In this document: positions 23,565-36,405 of the stretch, piece by piece
How positions within the stretch are numbered: the first letter of the stretch is position 1
How the letters are laid out: each line of letters opens with the position of its first letter
Origin: Heterodontus francisci
Taxonomy: Eukaryota
Direction: 5' to 3'
Assembly (NCBI RefSeq): GCF_036365525.1
Contig: NC_090401.1
Location: 31,207,036 to 31,271,035 of the forward strand
Length of the DNA: 64,000 nt
The notes under the pieces: generated by a model
Seen by the model: only the letters and a program-made list of their open reading frames with translations
What the model was told of the DNA's origin: nothing
Database searches by the model: none
Program-made: the position numbers and the translations under genes

Positions 23565-26500
23565 TGTTATATATTATATATTGTTATACTATCTGTAAAG
23601 TGTTAACAACTAGTTCCTAGCGAATTAGTTCCTATGTGTAAGTGTTCCAGTGGGTGGTCTCATTCACAGCTGCACTGTGGAGTCATGTTATATGTAACAC
23701 AACAATCAGGCTCTACAGCACACAGCATTGTGCTGAATTAAACAAGACTGACTCCAGCCTTTTCCAAGATCAAAGTGTGATACTTACCAACATCCGGGAA
23801 CCAGAAACAACATAAAGACGAAACATGGTGGCAGTGAGTGTCTGTGAGTAAAGCTAGAACATTTTTAAAAACATCAGATTGAGAAAAGTGACTCAAATTA
23901 GTACCAGAGAGAGAGAGAAAGAAAAACTGAGTGACACCTGTGAAAACTCTTTTAAAAAAAAACACAAAATGTCAGCCGGGACAGGAAAGAATGCACTGCT
24001 CCAGCCCATCATGAATTGGGAAGCTGATGGTATCGTAGAGGCATTGAGAAGTTAAAACAAAAGTGCAATTTGGCATTTGGTAGTTTCCTAAAAGGCACTA
24101 GTGCAGAGGGGAGGGTCAGCTATATCCTTCTGTGGGCTGGAGATAAAAGGATTACATTTAACAGCTAGGACCCAAGCAAAGAGGACAGAAGAAACCCAGA
24201 CAAAATTTTTGAAAGATTCAGCCAAATATCCAATCAAATCATTGGATATACCGATATGAATTTCAAGGCCTCAGACAAGAATTAGGTGAGCCTATTGACA
24301 ATTTTGTAGCAAGATTGAAAAATGCAGCCAGAAAATGTAAATTTAAGGACAGATGAAAGGCTGATAGATCAGCTCACTTGGGGTTCGGCACATCCTGAAG
24401 TACAGAAAGCTCTATTCGAACAGGTCAAGCTCACAATATCGCAGGCTGTAGACACTGCCAGAGCACATGAAGCCACAAGCAGACAGATGAAGACTCTGAC
24501 CTCCCAAACGGCTAGCCTTCAGTTAAGCCAAGAGACAGGCAGCAGGGTCGATGCAGTGAAACAACTGAAGAATGTACACCAAACAGAGAGAAAGACGTGC
24601 CGGAGCTGTGGACGACACATAGATAGAAGGAAATGTCCTGCATATGGATCAATCTGCACAGCTTGCAGAAAGACCAATCACTGGGAAAAGATGTGCAGAA
24701 CAAAGCAAGAAGGTGGTAGATGAGACATCAGAGCCAGAGTAATAGGGCAAAGGAATAGTGAAAAAAAACCCCAAAACATCCATACCCTGGAAGATGTCGA
24801 TGGGTTTGAGAACATGATAGACATAGGAACCACAGAATTGCACGAAATGTCTGGATATGACAGTTCCCAGAGAAAAGAAATTCACACAACCATTCAGATC
24901 AGGAAGAGGCTGAGAAATAAGCCCACAACCATAAATCTGAAGGTGAACATTGATACTGGAGCGCAGAGTAACATCATCCCACTCAGACTATACCAGCAGA
25001 TCTTTCCCGAAAATTTGGGAGAAAAATTGTTATCCAAGGGAAGTTGCTCTGAAACCAAACAACGTCATGCTAACAGCATACAGGGGAAATGAGATTCGAC
25101 AGCTAGGAACAACCCAAAATCAGAAGGATACACAAAGGAAAAGATGTTAACTATATGTTCTACGTCACAGAAACAGATGGTCCAGCTGTCCTGGGGTTGA
25201 GCAGTTGTGAAGAGCTGCAGATTATCTCAGTAAACCATGAGGTGAAGGAGGTGACATTGAGGGTTGAAGACAGTACACCTGTTGAAAACCGCCCTCTGAT
25301 CAGAAGCAAGGAAGATCTGCTACAAATGTACCCAGAGTGTTTTGATGAGCCGGTCGGATGCTTTGAAGATTTTGAGTATTACATCAGTATTGACCCAGCG
25401 ATGAAACCAGTGATTCATCCCTCACGTAAAGTACCAGTAGAACTAAAAGGAAAGCTCGAAAGAGAGCTCCAAGAAATGGAAGAAAAGAAGGTGACCGCCA
25501 GAGTCACAGAGCTTACAGATTGGGTAAATTCCATCATGATGAGAGAGAAGCCAAATGGATGGCTAAGAATTTGTCTAGATCCCAAAGATCCTAACCAAGC
25601 AATAAAGAGGGATCACTACCCTATTCCAACATTGGAGGAAACCACACCAGCACTGGCAGGAGAAAAGTTTTCAGCAAGCTTGATGCCAGAAATGGCTTCT
25701 GGAATGTGAAGCTAGATGCAGAATCTTCACTGTAGACAACATTCAACACACTCTTTGGACGGTACAAATTCCTGCGTCTACCCTTTGGCCTCAAAGTGAG
25801 CCAGGATGTGTTCCAACAGAAAGTAGACAAGCCATACAGGGGATGCAAAGGAGCAGTCGGCTTAGCTGATGATATTCAGATATATGGTGTACATGGAAAA
25901 GATCATGACAACTATCTACATGAAGCCATGGAGAGAATCAGGAAAGCTGGGATTAAGTTAAATGCAGACAAATGCATTGTGAAAGTGACAGAATACCAGT
26001 TTTTCAGAATGATGTACACACCTGACGGAGTTAAGCTGAGCCCTGAAAGAATCTCAGCCATCTCGTGGATGGAAGCCTCAAGAAAAAAAAAAAAAGAGTT
26101 GAGAAGTTTCCTTGGTTTCATACAATACATGAGCTCCTTTATTCCGCACACGTCGGAACACATAGCAAACCTGCGGGAGCTGATGAAAGATGTAACAGTG
26201 GTCAGAGTCACATGACAGGAGTTTCAACAAACTCAAAAAGGTAGTATGGAAGGAGACAATCGTAGTATGACAGAAACAAACCTGACACTCTATAAGTAGA
26301 TGCTTCCACAAAAGGATTGGGAGCAGCCCTGGTACAAGAGGAAAAGCCAATAGCATTTGCGTCCAAAGCTCTAACCTCAGCTGAGACAAGATATGCTCAC
26401 ATAGAAAGAGAGCTTTTGGCAGTCGTGTATGGATGAGAGAAGTTCCACACATATCTCTATGGGAGGAAGATCACAGTGGAGAGTGATCATCGTCCACTGG

Positions 26501-28374
26501 AGCAGATCTACAAGAAAAATCTATGTAAAGCACCAGCAAGACTGCAGAGGTTACTCTTGAGGCTTCAGAGTTATAATTTCAGTCTGAAATATCATCCAGG
26601 AAGAGAAATGGTGCTGGCAGACACCCTATCTCGTTTGTCACCACAAGAGAAACATGAGATAGAAGATCTAGGCATAAAGATTCATCACCTTGTGAACGTA
26701 ACACCACCGAAACTGAGTCAAATTAGAGAAAAAGACAAGGACTTACAGATGGTATCTCAGCAAGTGATCCAGGGATGGTCTGATAGGATACTGCACGCAC
26801 AGCCAGCAATACAACAGTACTGGTCTACCAGAGATGACATCTCACTAGAAGATGGTGTTCTGCTGGCCGGATCCAGAATAATCATAACTAAAACAATGCA
26901 GGAAGAACTTCTCCAGAAGATACATGAAGGCCATATGGGAATGGAGAAGTGTAAGCTCAGAGCCAAATCAGCTGTGTACTGGATAGGCATATACAAAAAT
27001 ATCAAAAATATGGTGTCTACATGCAATATATGCCAGAAGTACAGAAACTCACAACAGAAAGAGGAGATGATAGCTACCGAAGTACCACCCAGACCATGGC
27101 ATACTGTAGGAGTCGATTTATTCACACATGATCAAGACTGGTATCTCAGTCACAGACTACTACTCAAAATTCCCTTTTATCCAGAAGATGAAAGACTGGA
27201 GAGCCACAACAATAATCTCAGCAGTAGGAGTTCTGTTCGCTGAGCAAGGGATTCCTGAAAGGTTAATATATGACAATGGCACCCAATTTACATCCAGAGA
27301 ATTTAAGGAATTTGATGACCAGTATGGGTTCAACACCATCACCTCATCACCACACTACCCACGGGGACACGGATTTATAGAAAGACACGTCCAGATGGTC
27401 AAAAGAACACTTGTGAAATGCCAAGAGACGAAGGAAGACCCAAACCTGGCCTTATTGTCACTCCGATCCACACCTCTCAAGGCTGAGATGAAATCACCTG
27501 CAGAGCTGTTAAATGGAACAAAATATAAGACAACTCTGCCGAGCAAAATACATCCTTCAAGTGATCAGGAGGAAGTCAGACAACAACTCACTGTAGCACA
27601 GGTAAGAGGAGAGCAACACTTCAACAAGTACGCTAAATCCCTACCCGAGCTGTTGAAAGGGCAAACTGTACACGTACAGGATCCAATCATGAAAACCTGG
27701 AGCCCAGCAAAAGTTGTTAGTGAAGCTGAGACTCCAAGGTCATATATCATTGAAACCGAAACCAGTAACCAAATGCGAAGGAACAGAATCCATATTTGAC
27801 CTACACCTGAGCTGGAACAACAAAATAGACCATCAACAACACCGGAAACATCACTATCCGGTGAGACAATATTAACAACATCACCAGCAAGTGACACAAC
27901 ATCGCCTGTACAGCGTGCCAACTCACCACTGATGCCAAACCTACAAGTTGGAGGCACAACATCTGCAATACCGTGAATAATATTTTAAAAAATACATGCT
28001 ATAAAAGACTCTAAAACGGGGTTCAGATTATTTCCACAAGTCGGATGATAACCTTTGTTTATATTGACAGTTATATCGATATAGGGGCATTATGTTTTAA
28101 AGAAAGAGGAATGTTATATATGTATATACTGTTATACTATCTGTAAAGGGTTCGGAACTAATTAGCTAGGAACTAGTTGATATGTGTAAGTGTTCCAGTG
28201 GGGGGCCTCATTCATGGCTGCACTGGGGAATCATGTTATATGTAACACAAGAATCAGGCTCTACAGCGGAAGGCATGGTGGTGCAATAAACAAGACTGAC
28301 TCCAGCCTTTTCCAAGTTTTAAAGTGTGATTCTTTCCAACATTTGGGAACCAGAAACAACGTAAAGACGAAATA
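23565..28374 (+). mobile_element. Full-length decayed Gypsy (Ty3) LTR retrotransposon
   Basis: LTRs at 23565-23825 and 28112-28374, PBS-like tggtggcag, PPT aaagaaagaggaa. Gag zinc knuckle (CTACRKTNHWEKMC), protease IDTGA, RT (LRICLDP..LADD), RNase H, and integrase (HEGHMG..C..C, DNG) follow Gypsy order with stops and frameshifts. Inserted in a GC-rich MITE. Confidence 0.95.
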
Positions 28375-29324
28375 GCGGGGCACAAGGTTGTCCGATCAGG
28401 AGGACCCCTCCCACCCCCCCTGCGCAGCCTGCAAGAGGCTACCAGGCTTTACTGAGCAGCCACTTGAGGTCCCACTGCTTGTAATCTATGAGCGGCGGAG
28501 GGAGGAGGCCCTTAAATAGCAGTTAATTGGCCTGGGGCGGGCTGTTTCCCGCCAGCACTCGAAAAATGTGAGCGAGTAGGCAACGGAAACAGTAGCACAC
28601 CCGCACCCCCACTCAATTTTACACCCTCACCCCACAGCCTGCTCCTGTGGGGTGATGTAAAACTCCAGCCCCCAACATTTAGGCCTCCGCCACCACATAA
28701 AATTCTGACTTTGAATTTAATGGGTTATCGCTTCTGTTAAAATTGCGGAGAGGGGGGTTTCATCCTCTAGTATCTCCAGTAATGGTCTTGGAGCCTTTCT
28801 TTGCTTATAAATGTTGTTGTAGTTGCTTCCCCTCTGTACTTGGTCTTATTACTCTAGGGTTCCGCTGCTCCTTCCTCTCTGCACTGGACTTACCGCACAC
28901 CGTGGCCGCTCTGGACGATGAAGACAACAGGATAGAAGATCAGAGTATCACCGGCTGTACTTTGCAATGTTATCCGGTAGAGAAGGGTAGCCCAGGCGTC
29001 CAGGAAACTGGATGTCAATTTCAGCAAAATTCAGTGCTCAATGAAGAAAGCAAAGAGCAGGTATGGCTGGGAGAGGGCAGCGGGCCCAGGTAACATTAAA
29101 CTAGCTGTTAACTTGTAGTTAGGGCTAAAATGTACTGATTAAAGAGCCAGGAGAATTTAAACAGTTTAAGAGGGTAGATTGGGGGAGAGAGCACTAAGAA
29201 TGGGAGCAGATGGCCATGGATAGAGTTGCACAGCAAGGGAGCTTCCGAGGGAGCCATCTTCCAGGAGCCATCTTGATAAATTCCAGGAACCTAAGGGAAC
29301 TGATGAAATGTTTTATTATCTGCA

Positions 29325-29565
29325 TCCCCTTCTTCCCCCCCCCCCCCCCACTTCCCCTTCCCAGCTCCCCCCTCCCAGCTCAACCCCCCCGCACCCTCTC
29401 CCCCACCCACTCCCCCCCTCGCAATCCCTTCCCAGCTCCCCCCTCGCACCATCTTCCCCCTGCACCCCCTTCCCCTGCACCCCCCCACCCCTCTACAGCC
29501 CCCTTCCCAGCTCCCCCTCGCACCCCCTTCCCTCCACCCCTCCCCCTTGCACCCCCTCCTCCCAC
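29325..29565. repeat. C-rich low-complexity tract (G-quadruplex-prone on the minus strand)
   Basis: Degenerate cccagctcccccctc and cctgcacccccc units. Confidence 0.85.
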
Positions 29566-29579
29566 CGGCATCCACCTAT

Positions 29580-30018
29580 CCCTGAGCAGTGGCCGTAACA
29601 TCCCCACTGCCTTGTAGGCGTCTCGGGAGAGTCCAAGGCTAAGGGAGTAAACCCTAACAGAAAATCCGGAGCGGAACCCCGTAGGCAGTCATGTGTCACC
29701 TTTGGCACGTTTCCGGCAGTTCCTGCAGCCATACCGGTGCCAAACGTCATGCTCTGCACTCCTTTGGACCCCACCAGAAAGGCCGAGAGGGGGGAGTTTT
29801 TGACACTTGGGCAACTGACAACCTCCATACATTCGCCCAAGCATGCGCCATGGAGAGGTCACTCCATAGTCGCCTCACAGCGACCACAACACGGAAGGCA
29901 GCAGTTACGGGTTTTTTTTTGGCCTTTATAGCCACTCTAGGCACTGCTCCACAAACCACCTCCGGGTGCTTACCCATTGTCACCCGAGACAAGGAGGCCA
30001 AAGACGAAGAAGAAGAAG
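29580..30018 (+). mobile_element. Non-autonomous RTE derivative (non-coding head joined to the RTE 3' end)
   Basis: 29921-30018 matches the reverse complement of the RTE end at about 55523-55625 and finishes in a (GAA)n tail. The 5' boundary is approximate. Confidence 0.7.
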
Positions 30019-30346
30019 TTGCAGTAAACCTTGGGTGCGGCCTCATCGCTGAAAAGGAACACAGTCGGGCCCTCACTCCCTGGTCCCAGAGAGGACAGCG
30101 CCAGCCATCGCCTCCAACGTCGCACAAGTCACGACCCAATTAACAAAAATACAAATGGAAATACACTGGTGTTTTATAATAAACTGGTGTGTACTTACAC
30201 TATCATTTTCATAATAATCACTTTTTAAAAAATCAATCTGCCGAACTATTGAATCACTATATCAAATTTATCTTAAATATTTATATCTACCTTCAATTTT
30301 AAATATTAAATCTTATCTTACATATGAAATATACCTATTATAATTT

Positions 30347-30860
<514 letters not shown>

Positions 30861-30869
30861 GCAATTTCC

Positions 30870-31060
30870 AACAACAATGACAACGTGCATTTATGTAGCA
30901 CCTTTAATGGTGTTAAACTTCACAAGGTGCTCCATAGGAACATTACCAACCAAAATTTGACACCCAGCCACATAAGGAGATATTAGGACAGGTGGCAGGT
31001 GGGTTTTAAGGAGTGTTTTAAAGGAGGAAAGAGAGCCCGAGAGGCAGAGGTTTATGAAGG
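30870..31060 (-). mobile_element. L2/SINE 3'-tail fragment
   Basis: Reverse complement of the L2-type tail seen at 39420-39580 and 62750-62850. Confidence 0.65.
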
Positions 31061-31546
31061 CAATACCTGGCACAGACAGTTGTTTTGTTGCAAGAATCGG
31101 GATCCGAACTTCCACTCAGAGACAGACTGCCTACCAGGAAATTTTCCCAAGTGTCCCTCGAAACGCTGACAGCTGAATTTGCAGCACTCTAACTTTCTAA
31201 TGCCACTCTTTCCCAGGGCTCTGAGGAGTTTTCTGGCCTCCTCCTGTGCTTCTTGCTGCGTGCTCACTGATCTCCCAACCACTTCTTCCGGCTCTCTCCA
31301 GCCACTTGTCGTTTTCATTGGGGTTTGAGTGCTCAGTTTGCACCCGACTTTCACACACTTTGCAGTGGGGCCCTGCACTCTGCTGTTAAATACTGTTTTC
31401 AATTAAATGTATCAGGTAATAAAAAGGTGGAGAATGGAATGGGAAAAAAGAAGGCGTTTGACAAGGAAAGGTCCTGCTGTGCCTCTCGTTAAAAGGAACA
31501 AAGCAGCAGACTGCAGTGAGGAAGTGTTGACAATCAAGTTTCCTCT

Positions 31547-31627
31547 CTGAGACCAAATGCAGGGACCATTTACCCTGAGATACCAAATGCAGGGACCATT
31601 TGTACCATGAGATCAAATCCAGAGACA
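31547..31627. repeat. 30-bp tandem repeat, about 2.7 copies
   Basis: accaaatgcagggaccattt recurs at a 30-nt period. Confidence 0.8.
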
Positions 31628-33271
31628 CTGGCACTGTGAGACCTTTTAAGCAATTTTACCGACTCCCAGGCTGCATGTGATTTTAGTGACTTGGATGCGT
31701 CCATGTTTTGTGTATATGTTGAGTTTGAGAGGTTGCTGCTACTCTTCCATTATTTAAAGGGGCTGTTTCTCAAATTTTGGTGCATGCCAGTTCCATGCTC
31801 CTGATCTGTGGCCACCCAGTGTACAGAGGGCAGGTAAGTTGGAGGACCTCCTCATGGGTCTCCCTCTGGCCCTGGCCTAGGTGACCATTTATCGGTCCAG
31901 GTTGGACGTTGCCGCCGAGGGGTGGGGGGCGGTGACAGGGGGAGTTCACTCTGGCTGCCTGCCGCTCATCCTCCAACTGGCCCTGGCGAAGGAACATGCA
32001 TATGGTATGTGTGAGGCCTTTTGCAACCAGTTGACACTGCAAGGACTGGAGCACATAGTCAACACTAGGTATAAGGTTATTATTTAGTTTACAATTTTCC
32101 TTTCTTCTTATGTTTATATTCCTTATTAGTTGTGCAGCTTTAAGGGGGCCCTTTGATTTAGGGATGATGACAATGGGGGAACCCAATGTCCCATTTATTG
32201 TTTTTTTTAAAAAACGACCAAATCTAGGGATTGCTTACACTGTGACTATAAATGGAAATCTGAGTGCTTCATTCTGGTGAATGGTGATGTTGATTATATC
32301 AACTCCAGTAAAGGCGAAAGGGGCTAATTTGTAAAGATTTTGCTGTGGAAGCCGATGATGCTGATCATATGCTGTTGCCAGAAGCCCTTTTCAGGAAAGC
32401 TGATGACTAAATGTCACTAGCCCAACATCTTGATCCGCCTGTTTGTGTGTCGAATCCCAAAATCTAACATCCCTGCATCTTTTTCCAGGAGAAATGTCGA
32501 GAAATGTGAACGAAGGGAAGGAATCGAGCTTGAGCCAGAAAGAAGGTTCCTTGGGTGGACAATTCATGAAGCTGTTATCTGACTCATCTGCTTGAGGGAA
32601 AACAAAAAATGAAATGAGAAAGGATGTATCGAGTGACAATGGCATTGTCAATAATTATTTCCTTCCCTAATCACTAAGCCTAACAACCTAAGTGCGTAAC
32701 ACCTCAACCGCTAGCTCAATCCACAAACACCAATCCTAACCACTCACCCTTAATAACCACTAGCCCTGCACCATGCCCATGAGTAGTGCAATGCTGGGCA
32801 GTGCTGTCACTGATATCACTGATGATGCAGGTCGGCCATGTTGTCAATAGTCAGTCCGAGGCCAGGGGGAGGCAAGGGGGAGATGGTCATCCAGAGAACT
32901 TTTTAATAAAATAGCCCGAAGTGAGTTACTTTATTTGAACAGGAAAGATTCGAGACAAAAGCAGGCAGATTGCCTTGGGGAAGAAGGGCTCTTCTTTTCC
33001 CCTCTTCTTGCAGATTTCCTCCCTGCTGTTGAGTGCTCAGAAGTAATAGTTACATCGTATGTGCAGAAGCAAGCATCATGTGCTTGTATTTTATAGTTAA
33101 TAATCACCAGGACAGCCATTTGTGGTTGCAGAACAGATTAGTACAGGAAGTCAAATGGGACAGTTGCATTCTGATCAGAATAGTAGGTGACTCAGTCTCA
33201 GGCAAATTCTAACATTGTGCCCTTACTGTTAAGACTTACCCTTCTCATATTCCACACTTAATATTGCAGGG

Positions 33272-33512
33272 TAATAAAAACAGAAAGTGCTGGAAATACT
33301 CAGCAGGTCTGGCAGCGTCTATGGAGAGAGAAGCAGAGTTAACGTTTCAGGTCTGTGACCTTTCATCAGAACTGGCAAAAGTTAGAAATGTATTAGACTT
33401 TGAGCAAGTGAAAGGGCGGTGGGGGGAAGAATAAAAGGGAAGTTGTGTGATAGGGCAGAGGTCAGGAGAGATAACAACAGAGATGCCACAGAACAAAAGG
33501 CAAAGGGAGTGC
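33272..33512 (-). mobile_element. Penelope-like element terminal fragment
   Basis: Shares the aaaacagaaagtgctggaaatactcagcagg...gagttaacgtttcagg block with 50250-50386 and 60722-60858, and contains a hammerhead motif. Confidence 0.7.
33337..33373 (-). ncRNA. Minimal type I hammerhead ribozyme motif (Penelope-associated)
   Basis: AGTT-CTGATGA-A-AGGTC aca GACCT-GAAA-CG-TT-AACT contains the core boxes, stems I and II, and a palindromic ACGT helix III. Confidence 0.65.
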
Positions 33513-33819
33513 TCTTTACTACAACTATTAGGGTGAGCTGGAAGTTGAGAAGGGCATAAGGCAGGAACAAACCATTATTATCAATGCTATCAGCAATGCT
33601 GGATGCCACGGCCTCTGGTCAGCTGGCCCCATAATGTGGAGAACCAAGTCCTCGATAGGGCTCAGGAGATGCGGGGGTCCTTGTCACCCGTCAGTTCTGT
33701 TCTGCTCCCTCCTTTTGTATGCCACCTTATCTTGCATGAAAGAGGGAAGAATGACAGTGATTCTGTGTTTGGATGATGTACCTGACATAGCTGAATAGCT
33801 GAAGATATGTGAAGGTAGC

Positions 33820-36405
33820 TCTTTGGGAATAGAAATGCAATACTGTACCAATGTGCTTCCTGGCTTGCTGTAATCATGGGACCTCTACCATGTGGTACTC
33901 TGACTGGGGGCAGCCATTACAGCCAGTTTCATTAAAGAGTCAGTACACACCAGACTGGTGTCCTGTGAGCTCGTAACATGGTGTCAGAGTGGAGCTGAGA
34001 CTGAGTGATGAAAAGCAGTGGAGAAGCACAGCTATGGAACAAAGGCCACAGGACTGGTCACAACTGCTAAAAGCTGCTGAAAGCCACTGGAAGCCACAGA
34101 AAATGAATAAAGAAACAGCTGAAAGCACAGGGTAAGACAAGGCTGCAAATTTGCCTCTGCCTGCGCCAGTCGAAATGAAAGGTGATATGAAACAGAACTG
34201 GCAGTTTATCCACTCGCAATGGCAAAATTGCAACAATGCAACAGATTTAATTAACAAACCAGTGCAGCCGTGAGTAGCTACACTTTTATCACTGTTGGGG
34301 AGAGACTGTTACAAAGTGTATTCCATCCTAAATCTCTTTGAAGAACAAAAAAAAACAGACAGCCGAAATTTTGAAAGCCTTGAAGTCACACGTTGAACCC
34401 CAAGTGAACATAACCTATCAAAGGTATGTGTTCAATATTAGGGCCCAAGGTAAAAAAGAGTCCATTGATCAATATGTGACTGCATTAGAACAGCTTGCAG
34501 AATCCTGTGAATTTGCACAACTAAAAGATGATCTAATTAAAGACAAGATTGTATTAGGCATAAGAGATCTTGCAGTGAGTGCACATCTACTGAGAGAGGA
34601 GAAACTGACTCTCAGGAAAGCAATCGATGTGTGCAGAAGTGCTAAGGTTGTAAATCAGCAGCTAGAGCATATTCATGGCAGAACAGACTGGACCTTGCAT
34701 TATGCTGATAGATATTCCAGGCCGAAAGGGCAGAAAGATCATGGACAAAGGGCAGGATGCAAATACTCTGGAGGACATCATACACAGGAGAAGAAAGCAT
34801 GTCCAGTGTGGGGAAAGCAGTATTCTCACTGCAAGAAGCTGAATTAGTTTGCACACAAGTGTTTGGCCAGAAGGAAGCACAACAAGCAGGTAGAGATGGC
34901 CACTGGACAGATATCAGCTGAAGATTCTGACGAATCGCTATACACCATACAACAGGTTGGTTCAGGCAGGTCAATCAGTGATAAATGGTTTGTGACGGTT
35001 GGAACGATGACTGCAGAAGGAGACTATCAAGTCAACATAAAGTGCCAGATAGACACCGGTGCGTCATGCAACATCATGACCTTCACAGACCTGTGCAAAG
35101 TGGCTCAACATGGCGATCCAAAAATGAAGACTTCAAAAGTAAGGTTGAGACTATATGATGGCACCATATTCGTGCTAAGACAAGTTACTCTGAGAGCCCA
35201 TTGCAATGACAAGAACGTAGATCTGGAGTTCCAAATCAGAGATGGAAAACAAAGACCTCTCATCTCAGCAAAAGCAGGTCTAAAGCTTGGACTGATAACC
35301 CTCAACATGCAAAATGAGAAAACCCAGGAGATGGCCTTCAGGAGCGGGTGCCGGCGCTGGAATGAGAATGCCTTTGCCAATCGCAAGGTGACGCGAGTCA
35401 TAGAGCTGGCGAGGAAGGGGAAGATCTGGCAGTCATCTGCTCAGATGCCCAGGAAGATCTGGCAGTCATCTGCTCAGATGCCCAGGAAGATCTGGCAGTC
35501 GTCTGCTCAGATGCCCAGGAAGATCTGGCAGTCATCTGCTCAGATGCCCAGGAAGATCTGGCAGTCGTCTGCTCAGGCGCCCAAGGTGGAGGCTGTGGGG
35601 AAGGAGTGCTCAGATTCCGCAGCGCAGGCAGGTGAAATCAAGGTGAAATGGCAGAAAGCCAAATTTCATTTTGATAAAATTGGTGAACTGTTGCCAGAAT
35701 TGAACATTGGAGAGCCAGTCAGGGTACAAACCTTCAACGTGTTCAACAAGAGTCAGACCAAGTGGCAACTTGGGACCTGCATAGAGCTGTTGTCAGCTCA
35801 ATCGTATGCAGTGGCAGTGAAGGACCAGAGATACCGTCACAACCACCGGCACACACGCACAACTGGAGAAGCTGTTCCTTTACAGCAGGCAGCCAATTAG
35901 GAAGATGTGAACTCACCAACTGCACAGACCACAGAACAACCATCAGCCCCAGAGGTCCACAGCACCCCAACAATGGAAATGGAACAACGGTTACCGCGGT
36001 AACAAGTGACACTCGCCGGAGAAGGAAAATCAACCAGATGAGCAACCAAGGACAACGCGCACATGCACCATGAAGAGACTGGTATGATTTAATGACCATG
36101 TCTGCAATGCATGTGCAGAGACTGACAGGAAGGACGAACTACTGATGCATGAGAATATTTGTGTGCAAAGTGGGTAACTTGGGCAACTCACAGTGTCAAC
36201 GATAATGCATACAATTCTTTTTTCTTTTTTTGTATGAAAAGGGGGTTTTTGGGGATAGAAATGCAATACTGTACCAATGTGCCTCCTGGCTTGCCATAGT
36301 CATGGGACATCTACCATGTGGTACTCTGACTGTGGGCAGCCATTACAGTCAGTTTCATTAATGACTCAGTACACACCAGACTGGGTGTTCTGTGAGCTTG
36401 TAACA
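33820..36405 (+). mobile_element. Internally deleted Gypsy LTR retrotransposon
   Basis: LTRs at 33820-33978 and 36246-36405, PBS-like tggtgtcag, PPT gaaaaggggg, TSD gtagc/gtagt. Gag, protease IDTGASCN and the integrase C-tail remain. No RT, RNase H or integrase core. Confidence 0.9.
35418..35582 (+). repeat. 33-bp minisatellite, 5 copies (encodes RKIWQSSAQMP)
   Basis: aggaagatctggcagtc(a/g)tctgctcagatgccc repeated five times. Confidence 0.95.

Noticed and set aside
29210-29617. Proline-rich and glycine-rich ORFs on both strands
   Set aside because: They are artefacts of the C-rich low-complexity tract. The same applies to the ORFs inside the GC-rich MITEs.
35418-35582. Regular 33-bp repeats read as a CRISPR array
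   Set aside because: The units are contiguous with no spacers, the context is eukaryotic, and there are no cas genes.
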